64,000 nucleotides of DNA from Candidatus Amesbacteria bacterium. GTDB lineage: Bacteria > Patescibacteriota > Microgenomatia > CAZETR01 > Amesbacteraceae. The DNA lies in NCBI GenBank assembly GCA_963736875.1, contig CAVTQH010000004.1, positions 1,793-65,792 of the forward strand, in the 5' to 3' direction. The stretch's first letter is position 1; each line of letters opens with the position of its first letter. The position numbers were made by a program, and so were the translations under genes. Under the pieces are notes generated by a model. That model worked only from the letters and a program-made list of their open reading frames with translations. It did not search any database and was not told the DNA's origin. Shown piece by piece: positions 22,553-32,735 of this stretch.

Positions 22553-24550
22553 ATGGAGGAAGTAAAAGTACCGGTTGCCGCTCCGATTGTTCACAAAATA
22601 GATGAATTGTCGGCAGGTCCTCCGGTAAAGCAAAAAATGAATCTACCGTCTAAACCAAAATCCAGAAAAATCAGCCTGATATTAATTGTCTTTGCGGGAC
22701 TGGTTGTTATATTGGCACTGTTTTCTTATCTTCTGATAGTCAAACCGGCCCGAAAGTTGGTCTCATCGGTAAAAAGTCTCGAAGTCTCGGGTATGGAGAC
22801 GGTTAATTTTCTCAAAAGTCAGGATTTGGGCGGAGCCAAAAACCAGATGGTTTTGGTAAAACAAAATTTGCAGACCGTGGAAACAGATTTCCGGAAGTTT
22901 AAATGGGCTTCGTTTTTACCGTTTGTCAAAAACTACTATCAGGACGGCTCGCACGGGTTGACGGCTGCCGGACAATTATTATCCGCAGGTGATGTGGCCA
23001 TTGAAACGATAGCCCCGTACGCGGATATTATCGGTTTAAAAGGTCTGTCTCCGACCGGTGACGGTACCAAAACCGCCCAGGATCGGATCAATTTCATAAT
23101 TAATACTCTGGAAAAATTAAAACCCCAGCTGGAAAATATCGGCGGGTATCTGGAATCAGCCAAAAATGAAGTATCTCAAATTAATCCCGACCGTTATCCG
23201 GAAACATTTCAGGGGCAGCCTTTAAGATCCCGGATCAGACAGGGAATCACAATTTTAGACCAGGCTTCAGCTTTGACCAATGACGCCCGGCCGCTTCTGG
23301 AAACCGCGCCGTACATGCTCGGCATGGATTCACCGCGGAAATATCTGGTTATTTTCCAAAACGATGCGGAATTGCGCCCCACGGGGGGATTTATGACGGC
23401 ATACGCCATCCTTCAGGTCAGCAAGGGAAAAATCAGCACTCTTGATTCCGGCGATATGTATACTTTGGACGGTAAATTCCCCAAAAAGATACCCGCTCCC
23501 GCGCCGATTATCAAGTACTTACCCAAAGTCCCTTACTGGAATCTGCGTGACCAGAATCTCTCACCGGATTTTAAAATTTCCATGGATACTTTCTATCCCA
23601 ACTATCTGTTGACCGGTTCTTCTAAGGTGGACGGAATAATTTCCATGGATACCCGGGTTTTGGTGGATATTTTAAAAATAATCGGCAAAATCGGGGTTCC
23701 GGGTTTCGGGAATTTCTCGGCGGATACCGATCCCACCTGCAACTGCCCGCAGGTTTTCTATGCTCTGGAACTGTATGCCGATGTCGAAGGACCGGTAATC
23801 TGGGATTCCGTCAGCGGACGGATAATTTCCAAGCCGGTCAATTACGGCCAAAGAAAGGCGTTTGTCGGACCCATGATGTATTCGATACTGGTTAATGTCA
23901 TGGCCCAGCCAAAAACCAAAATGGCGGATTTATTCAACACTGCCATGAATCTCATCGCCCAAAAACATATTCAGTTTTATTTTACCGACAGCAAGGCTCA
24001 GACGGCCGTCGAAACTTTTAACCTTGCCGGCCGGGTCAGGGACTTTTCCGGGGACTACCTTTTTGTCGTCGATACCAATTTTGCCGGAGCCAAAACCAAT
24101 GCCTGGGTGGAATATACGGCGGATTTAAAAGTAGACGTTGATTCTCAGGGAATTGCCACCAATACCCTGGCCTTAACTTATAAAAATCCCCAGCACTTTT
24201 TTGAAGACCCGCAGACAAAGCTGAAGTTAAACGGCATGTTCCGTGATTGGCTGCGGGTATATCTGCCCAAAGGAAGCGAGCTTCTCGAAGCCAAAGGTTT
24301 TGAAACGGGACAGGCCACCGGCGAAGACCTGGGGAAGACTGTGGTTGAAGGGTTTTTTACTCTCGCCCCGTTAAATAATAAAACCATTACCATTAAATAT
24401 AAATCCGCCGTCAAATCAGATTCCCTGTACAAGTTGCTGATTCAGAAACAGGCGGGAACCAAGGATTTTTCTTACAAGATCACGGTTAACGGGAAAGCTC
24501 AGCCGGAACTGATACTCAACTCTGACCAGGAGCTGTCGATAGCCTACTAA
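22553..24550 (+). CDS. DUF4012-domain membrane-anchored protein
   Basis: N-terminal TM, helical stalk, YLVIFQNDAELRPTGGF, RDQNLSPDF, DGIISMD, C-terminal LLIQKQAG. Confidence 0.8.
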   Translation: MEEVKVPVAAPIVHKIDELSAGPPVKQKMNLPSKPKSRKISLILIVFAGLVVILALFSYLLIVKPARKLVSSVKSLEVSGMETVNFLKSQDLGGAKNQMVLVKQNLQTVETDFRKFKWASFLPFVKNYYQDGSHGLTAAGQLLSAGDVAIETIAPYADIIGLKGLSPTGDGTKTAQDRINFIINTLEKLKPQLENIGGYLESAKNEVSQINPDRYPETFQGQPLRSRIRQGITILDQASALTNDARPLLETAPYMLGMDSPRKYLVIFQNDAELRPTGGFMTAYAILQVSKGKISTLDSGDMYTLDGKFPKKIPAPAPIIKYLPKVPYWNLRDQNLSPDFKISMDTFYPNYLLTGSSKVDGIISMDTRVLVDILKIIGKIGVPGFGNFSADTDPTCNCPQVFYALELYADVEGPVIWDSVSGRIISKPVNYGQRKAFVGPMMYSILVNVMAQPKTKMADLFNTAMNLIAQKHIQFYFTDSKAQTAVETFNLAGRVRDFSGDYLFVVDTNFAGAKTNAWVEYTADLKVDVDSQGIATNTLALTYKNPQHFFEDPQTKLKLNGMFRDWLRVYLPKGSELLEAKGFETGQATGEDLGKTVVEGFFTLAPLNNKTITIKYKSAVKSDSLYKLLIQKQAGTKDFSYKITVNGKAQPELILNSDQELSIAY

Positions 24551-25095
24551 TGCACTCATATTCTCTCGAAGGCATCATTATCAAACGCCGTAATTCGGGC
24601 GAAGCGGACAAAATAATCACCATATTTTCCCTGCAAAAGGGAAAAGTGGTTTTAAAAGCCAAAGGAATCCGAAAACTTAATTCCAAACGGGCCGGTTCCC
24701 TGGAATTGTTTAATCATGTCAAAGTGGCGGCTGTTCCGGGAAAAAGCAATCCGGATGTTTTAACTGAAGTGGTAGTTTTAAACTCCTTCTCTTCCTGGCG
24801 TTCTTTTCTGGGCCGGGTAAATCTGGCTTATCAGATTGTCGAAGCCGTGGACAAACTCACTCCGGAAAACCAGCCCCATCCCAGGGTGTTTGAAATCCTC
24901 AAAACAGCCTTTTTAAATATTGATAAGCTGAATTCCGACTGGGAATCGGAAATCGGGAACTGGATGCTTGAAATTATTAGAGACTTGGGTTATTGGCCTG
25001 ATGATGAGGTATTTACGGGAAATATTTATGAATTTATCGAAGAAATTTCCAACCGTCCTTTCAATTCGCGTAAAATTCTGTCCAAGTTAAAATAA
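24550..25095 (+). CDS. recO: DNA repair protein RecO
   Basis: GIIIKRRNSGEADKIITIFS...AKGIRK..SKRAGSLELF. Confidence 0.88.
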   Translation: MHSYSLEGIIIKRRNSGEADKIITIFSLQKGKVVLKAKGIRKLNSKRAGSLELFNHVKVAAVPGKSNPDVLTEVVVLNSFSSWRSFLGRVNLAYQIVEAVDKLTPENQPHPRVFEILKTAFLNIDKLNSDWESEIGNWMLEIIRDLGYWPDDEVFTGNIYEFIEEISNRPFNSRKILSKLK

Positions 25096-25115
25096 AACTG
25101 TTGTAGAATCATTTT

Positions 25116-26408
25116 ATGGACCTGATGGAAAAAGTTGTTTCTTTGTGCAAAAGAAGGGGATTTGTTTATCCCGGATCGGAAATATACGGGGGTTTAAACG
25201 GCACCTGGGATTTGGGGCCTTTGGGTACGGCACTGGCCAGAAATATCAAACACGAGTGGTGGGCTGATACGGTCCGGGCAAGAGATGATGTGGTAGGTTT
25301 GAATTCCTCAATTCTCCACCATCGCCAGGTCTGGGAAGCATCGGGACACGTGGCTTCTTTTACCGCCCCCCTGATCGAATGTAAAAATTGCCATAACCGC
25401 TTCAGAGCCGATTCTCTGAAAGAAAAATGCCCCGAATGCGGCCTGAAGGAATTTACCCCGGCCCGGCAGTTTAATGAAATGTTTACCACCCACATCGGAT
25501 CCACCGAGGATAAGATATCCGATCTTTATTTAAGACCTGAAACCGCCCAGGGGATATTTATCAATTTTCAGAATGTATTAAATTCCACCCGCGTTACCGT
25601 CCCTTTCGGGATAGCCCAGATCGGAAAAGGTTTCAGAAATGAAATCACTACCGGAAATTTTCTCTTCCGTGTCCGGGAGTTTGAAATGATGGAACTGGAA
25701 TTTTTTGTCGAACCGGGTACGGACCGGAAATGGCATGAATACTGGAAAGACCGGCGTCTGAAATGGTATTCGGATCTGGGCATAAACAGTCAAAATATTA
25801 AAATCGTTGATTTACCCAAGGAAGACATTGCCCACTATTCCAGGGGTACGGCGGAGATCTGGTACAACTGGCCGTTTATGGGTTTCGGCGAACTGGAAGG
25901 CATAGCCAACCGCGGGGACTACGATTTAACCCGGCATGCCAAATCTTCCGGACGGGATCAGTCTTATACCGATCCGGAAACCGGCAAAAAGTATATTCCT
26001 TATGTAATTGAACCGTCAGTGGGAGTCGGCCGGGCGATGCTGGCTTTCCTTGTCGACGGCTATTTCGAGGCTGATAAGCGGGTAATTCTCAAATTGCATC
26101 CTAAACTTGCCCCCTGCACAGTAGCGGTTTTTCCGCTTTTGGCCAACAAACCGGAACTGGTTGAAAAAGCCCGGGAAATCTATCGCCGTTTAAAGCTTGA
26201 AACGGATCTGGCAGTTGCCTGGGACGACCGGGGTAATATCGGCAAGCGTTACTACGCCCAGGACGAAATAGGCACACCCTGGTGTCTTACAGTCGATTTC
26301 CAGACTATGGAGGATAACTCGGTTACCGTCCGTGACCGGGATACGGCTAAACAGGAGCGGGTCGGTATCGACCGGCTTGACACTTATTTCTCTTCGAAGT
26401 TAAAGTAA
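25116..26408 (+). CDS. glyQS: Glycine--tRNA ligase (alpha2 type)
   Basis: KRRGFVYPGSEIYGG, YLRPETAQG, FRNEIT, REFEMMELE, IEPSVGVGR, IGKRY..QDEIGTP. Confidence 0.95.
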   Translation: MDLMEKVVSLCKRRGFVYPGSEIYGGLNGTWDLGPLGTALARNIKHEWWADTVRARDDVVGLNSSILHHRQVWEASGHVASFTAPLIECKNCHNRFRADSLKEKCPECGLKEFTPARQFNEMFTTHIGSTEDKISDLYLRPETAQGIFINFQNVLNSTRVTVPFGIAQIGKGFRNEITTGNFLFRVREFEMMELEFFVEPGTDRKWHEYWKDRRLKWYSDLGINSQNIKIVDLPKEDIAHYSRGTAEIWYNWPFMGFGELEGIANRGDYDLTRHAKSSGRDQSYTDPETGKKYIPYVIEPSVGVGRAMLAFLVDGYFEADKRVILKLHPKLAPCTVAVFPLLANKPELVEKAREIYRRLKLETDLAVAWDDRGNIGKRYYAQDEIGTPWCLTVDFQTMEDNSVTVRDRDTAKQERVGIDRLDTYFSSKLK

Positions 26409-26412
26409 ATCT

Positions 26413-26908
26413 GTGAACAAAGTAATCCCCATAGTCCTTAATTCTGATATTTGCGGTTGCCGGAATATTTTTAATTTCCCGGAAACCGGCTGTCAAACCC
26501 GGTAACACTCCCACACCCACTCCTACCAAAGTGGAGCAGCTGGCCCCCGATAAACAGCCGCAGGTCAGCCTGGAATTTTCCCCTGACGGTCATTACGTCA
26601 CCATTGATATGGAGAATATTCAGGCTTCCCAGCTCGAATACAATCTGATATACGATGCCACAGTTAAAAAGACCCAGATAAATACCGGTGTCTCCGGCGG
26701 CAGCAAGGATTTACAGGGTAAAACCACTTTCAGTTACAAACAGCTTTTGGGCAGTGAAAGCAGTGGTAAATTTACTTTTCATGAAAGTATCCGTAATGCC
26801 TACATGGAAGTAACTCTGCGAAACCAGGCCGGTTATTCCGTCTTTTCCGCCACTTACCCTTTTACGGTCACTGCCGGTAAGTCCATTTCTCTGACTCCTT
26901 CGGAATAA
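26413..26908 (+). CDS. Hypothetical exported protein with Pro/Thr linker (indel near 5' end)
   Basis: GTG 26413, TM segment, PGNTPTPTPTK, then beta-rich ORF 26531-26908. Confidence 0.6.
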
Positions 26909-26946
26909 ACTCCCCGGGATAGCATAATTTTCGCCTTTTGTTTGTC

Positions 26947-26999
26947 TTGACACGTCTGTGAAAACGGATCATAGTGGTAACAAGTGGTATAAAGTGGTA
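26947..26999 (+). promoter_or_regulatory. dcw promoter with three MraZ-binding repeats
   Basis: TTGACA (26947)-N17-CATAGT (26970); AGTGGTA at 26973, 26983 and 26993, exact 10-bp period, just upstream of mraZ. Confidence 0.85.
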
Positions 27000-27012
27000 A
27001 ATATCTAAACAT

Positions 27013-27444
27013 ATGTTTATAGGTCAATACGAACATCATTTGGAGAAAAAAGGGCGGCTTTCCGTACCCAAAAAGTTTCGCTCTCAGTTGGAAAACGGAG
27101 GTGTTTTAAGCCAGGGTCTGGACGGATGTCTCTTTCTCTACCCCAAAGCTGCCTGGATGCAATTAGTAGCCAAAGTGTCGGAACTGCCTTTAACCAAAGC
27201 TGATGCCCGGGATTTTACCCGCGGCTTGAGTTTCGGCGCTGTCGAAGTGGAAACAGATTCTTTAGGCCGGATTCTCATCCCCGACTATTTGCGTCAGTTC
27301 GCCGGCATTAAAACTGACTGCATGATTGCCGGGGCTGTTGACCGGGTTGAAATCTGGGCTACAGACAGGTTTGTCAAATACACCACCCAAATTAATTCCC
27401 GGCGTGAGGAGATTGCCGAAAAGCTCTCCGAAGCCGGAATTTAA
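27013..27444 (+). CDS. mraZ: Transcriptional regulator MraZ
   Basis: MFIGQYEH.L.KKGRLSVP, GLDGCLFLYP, DSLGRILIP, VEIW. Confidence 0.95.
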   Translation: MFIGQYEHHLEKKGRLSVPKKFRSQLENGGVLSQGLDGCLFLYPKAAWMQLVAKVSELPLTKADARDFTRGLSFGAVEVETDSLGRILIPDYLRQFAGIKTDCMIAGAVDRVEIWATDRFVKYTTQINSRREEIAEKLSEAGI

Positions 27445-27446
27445 CC

Positions 27447-28286
27447 ATGGGCGAGTATCATGTTCCTGTTCTTTTACAATCAGTTTGCACTTTACTTAAG
27501 GTAGAACCCGGAGCGCGGTACATCGATGCTACCTTGGGTGGTGGAGGACATGCCGCAGCCATTATTCGCCTGGGGGGAGAAGTGCTCGGGCTTGATCAGG
27601 ATCCAGATGCTTTGTCTGCCTGCCCTGATCTGGACCATTTGATTAAAGTCCGAGCCAACTTCATCCACCTGGAGGAAACTGCAAAGGCACACCAATGGTT
27701 TCCCGTTGCCGGGGTAATTTTTGATTTGGGTGTTTCTGCCCATCAAATTTCCACCCCTGACCGCGGTTTCTCGTTTCAATTAAACGGACCGCTGGATATG
27801 CGCATGGACCCGTTACTTAGGGTAACCGCGGCTGACCTGATAAACGCCTTAAACCTGAAAGATTTAGTAAAAATCATGCGTGATTTCGGGCAGGTTTCTT
27901 CGGCAGAAAGTCTTTGCCGCAGGATTATTGCCTCAAGACCGATTACAACTACCGGTCAACTGGCTCAAATCCTTCCCGGACCCGATGTCCGCCGTCAGGT
28001 TTTTCAGGCTTTAAGAATTGCGGTCAATGATGAACTGGGGGCACTGAAAACGGCTTTACCCCAGGCGTTATCACTGTTGAATCCCGGAGGCAGATTGGCA
28101 GTAATCAGTTTTCATTCTCTGGAAGACAGGCTGGTTAAAACGCAATTTTTAGCTTGGGAAAAGCAGGGGATGGGGGAAATACTTACACCTAAACCCGTAA
28201 TTGCTGATGAAGCAGAAGCCAAAGCCAATCCCAAAAGTAAAAGTGCCAAACTCAGAGCATTTCAAAAATTATATGAAAAAAATTAA
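27447..28286 (+). CDS. rsmH: 16S rRNA m4C1402 methyltransferase
   Basis: HVPVL, DATLGGGGH, DLGVS, PLDMRMD, FQALRIAVN.EL, ISFHSLEDR. Confidence 0.95.
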   Translation: MGEYHVPVLLQSVCTLLKVEPGARYIDATLGGGGHAAAIIRLGGEVLGLDQDPDALSACPDLDHLIKVRANFIHLEETAKAHQWFPVAGVIFDLGVSAHQISTPDRGFSFQLNGPLDMRMDPLLRVTAADLINALNLKDLVKIMRDFGQVSSAESLCRRIIASRPITTTGQLAQILPGPDVRRQVFQALRIAVNDELGALKTALPQALSLLNPGGRLAVISFHSLEDRLVKTQFLAWEKQGMGEILTPKPVIADEAEAKANPKSKSAKLRAFQKLYEKN

Positions 28287-28557
28287 CATAATTCTCATTA
28301 CCTACCTGCTGGCCGGGCTGTTAGTCGTATTGCAGGTGTTTTATTCCAGCAGTCGGGCTACCGACGGTGATCTCTTAAGCGGCTTGAATGCCAGATTAGA
28401 CTCTCTTACTCTGGAAAATGAGCGGCTTCGGGCTGAAATATTCGCGTATACATCAATAGAAAATGTTCAAAAATATGCCCAGGACAGTCAAATGATTCCT
28501 GCAATCGTCAGAAATCTCAGTTCTGTTTCCGTCGCCTCCCTTCTGGGACAGCCATGA
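28273..28557 (+). CDS. FtsL-like cell division protein
   Basis: TM plus coiled coil (L..EN.RLRAEI...SIENV), located between rsmH and ftsI. Confidence 0.6.
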   Translation: MKKINIILITYLLAGLLVVLQVFYSSSRATDGDLLSGLNARLDSLTLENERLRAEIFAYTSIENVQKYAQDSQMIPAIVRNLSSVSVASLLGQP

Positions 28558-30243
28558 TCCGCCGGATTAAGTTACTGCAATTATTTTTTTGTCTCTGGTT
28601 TTTCCTGCTTTTTTTGCGTTTAACTTATTGGCAAATAATTAAAGCCTCGGTGCTGGGAAAGACCGGGCTCTCCCAATATGATCGGATGATTCTACTTCCC
28701 GCCCAAAGAGGGGAGATCAGAAGTTCTGACAATTACCCCTTGGTCGGCAACGGTGAAAGTTACATGTCCTATATCGAACCGGAAAAATTCGAGCTTAAAC
28801 CCCGGGAAAGTTTAGATTTTTACAATTTATTACCGGCTTCGGATAGTGCCCGTAAAATTATTTCCGAAGCTTCCCGGTCGCGTCTTTTTTGGATGTCTTT
28901 GGCTCACGGAATCAGTCCCGAAGCCAAAGCCAGACTGGAAGAGCTTAAAATACCGGGGCTGGGCTTTGAATACGAGCCGGTAAGAACATATCCTGAAGGT
29001 ACGGGCAGTGCTTACCTGACCGGATTTGTGGGTAAAAACGAGATGGGAGGAGCCCAGGGATATTTCGGCCTTGAGGGATTTTATGACCGGGTCTTATCAG
29101 GAAAACCCGGAAAGTTGCTTCAGGAACTGGATGCTTTGGGTAAGCCGATGTTAATCGGTTCACAGGATAAAATTCTGCCTCAACCGGGTCAAAACCTGAT
29201 TACCTCCATAGACCGGACAATTCAGCATCTGGCATATCAGCATTTAACCGAAGGTCTGGCAAAATATCAGGCTAAATCCGGAACGGTATCCGTAATGGAT
29301 GTGCAAACGGGAAATATTTTAGCCATGGTCAGTCTTCCGGGGTACGATCCGAAAGTCTATACCCGGTATCCCCAGAATTTATATCCCAACCCGATTATCT
29401 CCGAAGGTTACGAACCCGGATCGACATTTAAAACGATTGTCATGGCTTCCGCTTTGGACGCCGGCGTGGTTATTCCCGACACGGTTTGTGAAACCTGTAC
29501 CGGGCCGCAATCAATCTCCGGATATTCTCTGAAAAATTATAATGACCGGTATTATCCCAAATCAACCATGACCGATGTGATTCTCCACTCCGACAATGTG
29601 GGCATGATCTTTGTCGGCCGAAAATTGGGAAAATCACAAATACTGTCTTACGTCAGAAAGTTTGGGTTCGGAAAGCTTTCAGGCATTGATTTACAGGAAG
29701 AGGATACTCCCGAAATCCGTCCGGACGACCAGTGGCAGGATGTGGATTGGGCAACAGTGGCCTTTGGCCAGGGAATAGCCGTTACAAGGCTGCAAATGCT
29801 GACTGCTGTAAATGCGATCGCCTCAGGCGGTAATCTTTTTCCCCCGCGGCTGGTGACGGGAATAGAAACTGATGGCCAGGTCAAAAAAATTACCCCATCC
29901 TTACCGGTCAGGGTAATTTCTCAAAAAGCCGCCGCCACCATGACGGCAATGATGATTAACGGAGTTAATAACGGAGAGGTCAGATATTACAAAGTACCCG
30001 GTTACACCGTAGCCGGGAAAACCGGTACCGCCCAGGTCCCGATTGCCGGTCATTATGACGAGGAAAAGTTAATTGCTTCCTTCGTCGGTTTTGCGCCTGC
30101 GGAAAATCCCGAAATTTACCATGCTGGTTACTTTAAGGGAACCCCAGACTTCCCCCTGGGGCAGTACAACCGCGGCCCCGCTTTGGTTTGGCATTGCCGA
30201 GGGGATATTCAGATACCTCCATCTCCCGCCAAAGCTGAGGTAG
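28554..30243 (+). CDS. ftsI: Class B penicillin-binding protein (FtsI/PBP2; 3' indel)
   Basis: RGEI, YEPGSTFK (SxxK), SDN (SxN), GKTGTAQ (KTG); C-terminus continues in another frame to TAG at 30241-30243. Confidence 0.9.
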
Positions 30244-30277
30244 AAATCAAAATGGACTATAATTACCCAAGAATCAA

Positions 30278-30625
30278 ATGAAAAAACACCACATTTCGTT
30301 TAAGCATGCCTGGGACGGAATACTCATCGGTTTCAAAACCCAGCCCAACTTTAAAGTACATTTAACATTATCGGTTCTGGCAGTTATTTTAGGCTTGGTT
30401 CTGCATCTTTCCCACCTGGAATGGGTAATTATTCTGATGGTTATTTCCGCCGGACTGGCCATAGAGTTGATTAATACCGCCATCGAGTTTACCGTGGATC
30501 TGTTAACCCAGGAGTACCAGCTTCTGGCCAAATTTGCCAAAGACACTTCAGCGGCTGCGATGCTTCTATATGCCTTATTTTCAGTACTTATTGCCGCACT
30601 TATCTTTATACCAAAGCTGGTATAG
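30278..30625 (+). CDS. dgkA: DgkA-family kinase (diacylglycerol/undecaprenol kinase)
   Basis: SFKHAWDG, NFKVH, ELINTAIEFTVD, AKFAKDTSAAA. Confidence 0.88.
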   Translation: MKKHHISFKHAWDGILIGFKTQPNFKVHLTLSVLAVILGLVLHLSHLEWVIILMVISAGLAIELINTAIEFTVDLLTQEYQLLAKFAKDTSAAAMLLYALFSVLIAALIFIPKLV

Positions 30626-30627
30626 CA

Positions 30628-31668
30628 ATGGCTCTTTACCTGGGTCTGGTAATCTTCTCCTTCATCATTACCGGTATGGCTATTCTTCCCTTTATTGATC
30701 TTTTATACCGGCTGCATCTTACCCACCATCATTCCATCGCCCCTCTTACGACGGAGGAAACGAAAGAATTCAAAGCCTTAAATTCCCGTCAGATGTGGAA
30801 AATCGGAACTCCGATCGGCGGAGGTTTGTTAATTATTTTTGTTACAGCAGTATTGTATGCACTGCTTTTCCCGATATTTTCCGCCTCCGGTGTTTATATC
30901 ACCACGGTTTTTCCCTTCAAAGAAGAATTAAACATCATTTTCTTCACTTTCATTTCCTTCGGTCTACTGGGCCTGTACGATGACATCATTAAAATATTTA
31001 ACCTGCCTCAGCCCAAATATGCCACCTACTTCTGGCCAAAACGCAAAAACTTCTTCATAGTTTTATTGTCATTTGTCGTGGCATTAACTTTGTATATCAA
31101 TTTTAATATTCAAATTATTCACGTTCCTTTTCTTGGGGTAATTGATATCGGTTGGGGATATCTTCCCCTGGCGACGGCCATCATTGCCGGATTTTGTAAA
31201 GCTTTCGACATCACTGACGGTCTGGACGGATTGGCCGGCGGAGCGCTTTTAATATCCTTGCTGGCTTTTTGGGGAATATCCCTGGCTGCTCTGGATACGG
31301 TAATTTCGGTTTTTATTGCCCTTTGGATCGGAGGGCTGCTGGCGTTTTTGTATTTTAATGTTTACCCCGCCCGTATCTGGCTCGGAAACGGGGGCAGCCT
31401 GTCTTTCGGTGCCACACTGGCAGTGGTGGGGCTTTTATTGGGTAAAACCTTTGCCCTGATCATCGTCGGTTTGGTTTTTGTGGCCGAAGCTTCTTCTCAG
31501 ATTATTCAGATACTATCAGTTAAATTTCGTTCCCGAAAGATTTTTCCGGTAACACCGGTCCATTATTGGCTGCAGAACATCGGTTGGCCGGAGCCGAAAG
31601 TAGTCTTCCGTTTATGGCTGGCGGCAATTATGTCAGCGGTAATCGGACTATGGCTGGCCACTTTTTAA
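30628..31668 (+). CDS. mraY: Phospho-MurNAc-pentapeptide transferase (divergent)
   Basis: K.GTPIGGG, GLYDD, TDGLDGL, YFNVYPARIWLG, GW.EPKVV; position in dcw cluster. Confidence 0.82.
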   Translation: MALYLGLVIFSFIITGMAILPFIDLLYRLHLTHHHSIAPLTTEETKEFKALNSRQMWKIGTPIGGGLLIIFVTAVLYALLFPIFSASGVYITTVFPFKEELNIIFFTFISFGLLGLYDDIIKIFNLPQPKYATYFWPKRKNFFIVLLSFVVALTLYINFNIQIIHVPFLGVIDIGWGYLPLATAIIAGFCKAFDITDGLDGLAGGALLISLLAFWGISLAALDTVISVFIALWIGGLLAFLYFNVYPARIWLGNGGSLSFGATLAVVGLLLGKTFALIIVGLVFVAEASSQIIQILSVKFRSRKIFPVTPVHYWLQNIGWPEPKVVFRLWLAAIMSAVIGLWLATF

Positions 31669-31669
31669 T

Positions 31670-32735
31670 ATGACTCATGCCAGATCCTTTACTTTGATAG
31701 TTTTGGGATTAACCCTGTTCGGTCTTTTTATGATCGGTAACGCATCGGTTGTGGATGCCGCCAGGGACTTCGGAGATAAATGGTATTATCTTAAGCTCCA
31801 AAGCATTTGGGCTTTTCTGGGGATTGCGGGATTTTTGGTCATCAGCCGTTTCAATCACCTGCACTTTCAAAAAATCGCCCCGGTATTATTTTACGTAACT
31901 ATGGCTTTATTGGTTTTGGTTTTAATTCCCGGAATAGGCACCAGACTTTTAGGAGCCAGAAGGTGGATAAACATCGGTTTTATGAGTCTCCAGCCCAGCG
32001 AGCTGGCAAAATTAACCGTTTCCATATATTTTTCATATCTGCTTGCCCAAAAAGAGAAATTTTACAATTTTGTGCTGGCTTTGGTTTTGGTTTGCGGCCT
32101 GGTGGTGCTTGAACCTGACTTGGGAACAATGCTGGTCCTGATGGGGATGGGTTTTCTGGTCTATTTTACCTGTACCGGGAAAATTGACTCACATTCTGGC
32201 CATAGCCGGTCTGGGTCTGATCGGAGTGGTGATTTTGGTTGTCACCTCCAATTACCGGCTTAACCGCCTGTTGTCATTTTTTGACCGTTCAAAGGATCCC
32301 CTGGGGTCTTCATATCAGATACAGCAGTCTTTGATTGCCCTGGGTAACGGTAAAATATTCGGTTTAGGGTTGGGTCAGTCCCGTCAAAAATATAATTTCC
32401 TTCCGGAAACAGCAACCGATTCGATATTTGCCATTATCGGGGAGGAGTTGGGTCTGGTGGGAACGGTTGCCCTGTCACTGATATATTTGGTTTTAACAGT
32501 TAAGGGATTTGAAATTGCCGCTTTGGCCAAATCCGTATTTTCCTCCAATCTGGCGGTGGCTTTAACGGGTATTATCGGATTTCAGGCATTTATTAATATA
32601 TCCGCCAATACCGCCCTGATTCCCCTGACCGGAATCCCCTTAAACTATGTTTCGTACGGCGGATCGTCTCTGGTGGTCATGCTTCTGGCTGCCGGAATAC
32701 TGGTAAATATCTCTGTCAAATATGAAAAACGTTAA
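31670..32735 (+). CDS. ftsW: SEDS peptidoglycan polymerase FtsW (indel)
   Basis: GARRWI, QPSELAK, EPDLGT, GLGLGQSRQK.NFLPE..TDSIF.IIGEELG, SYGGSS. Confidence 0.92.
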
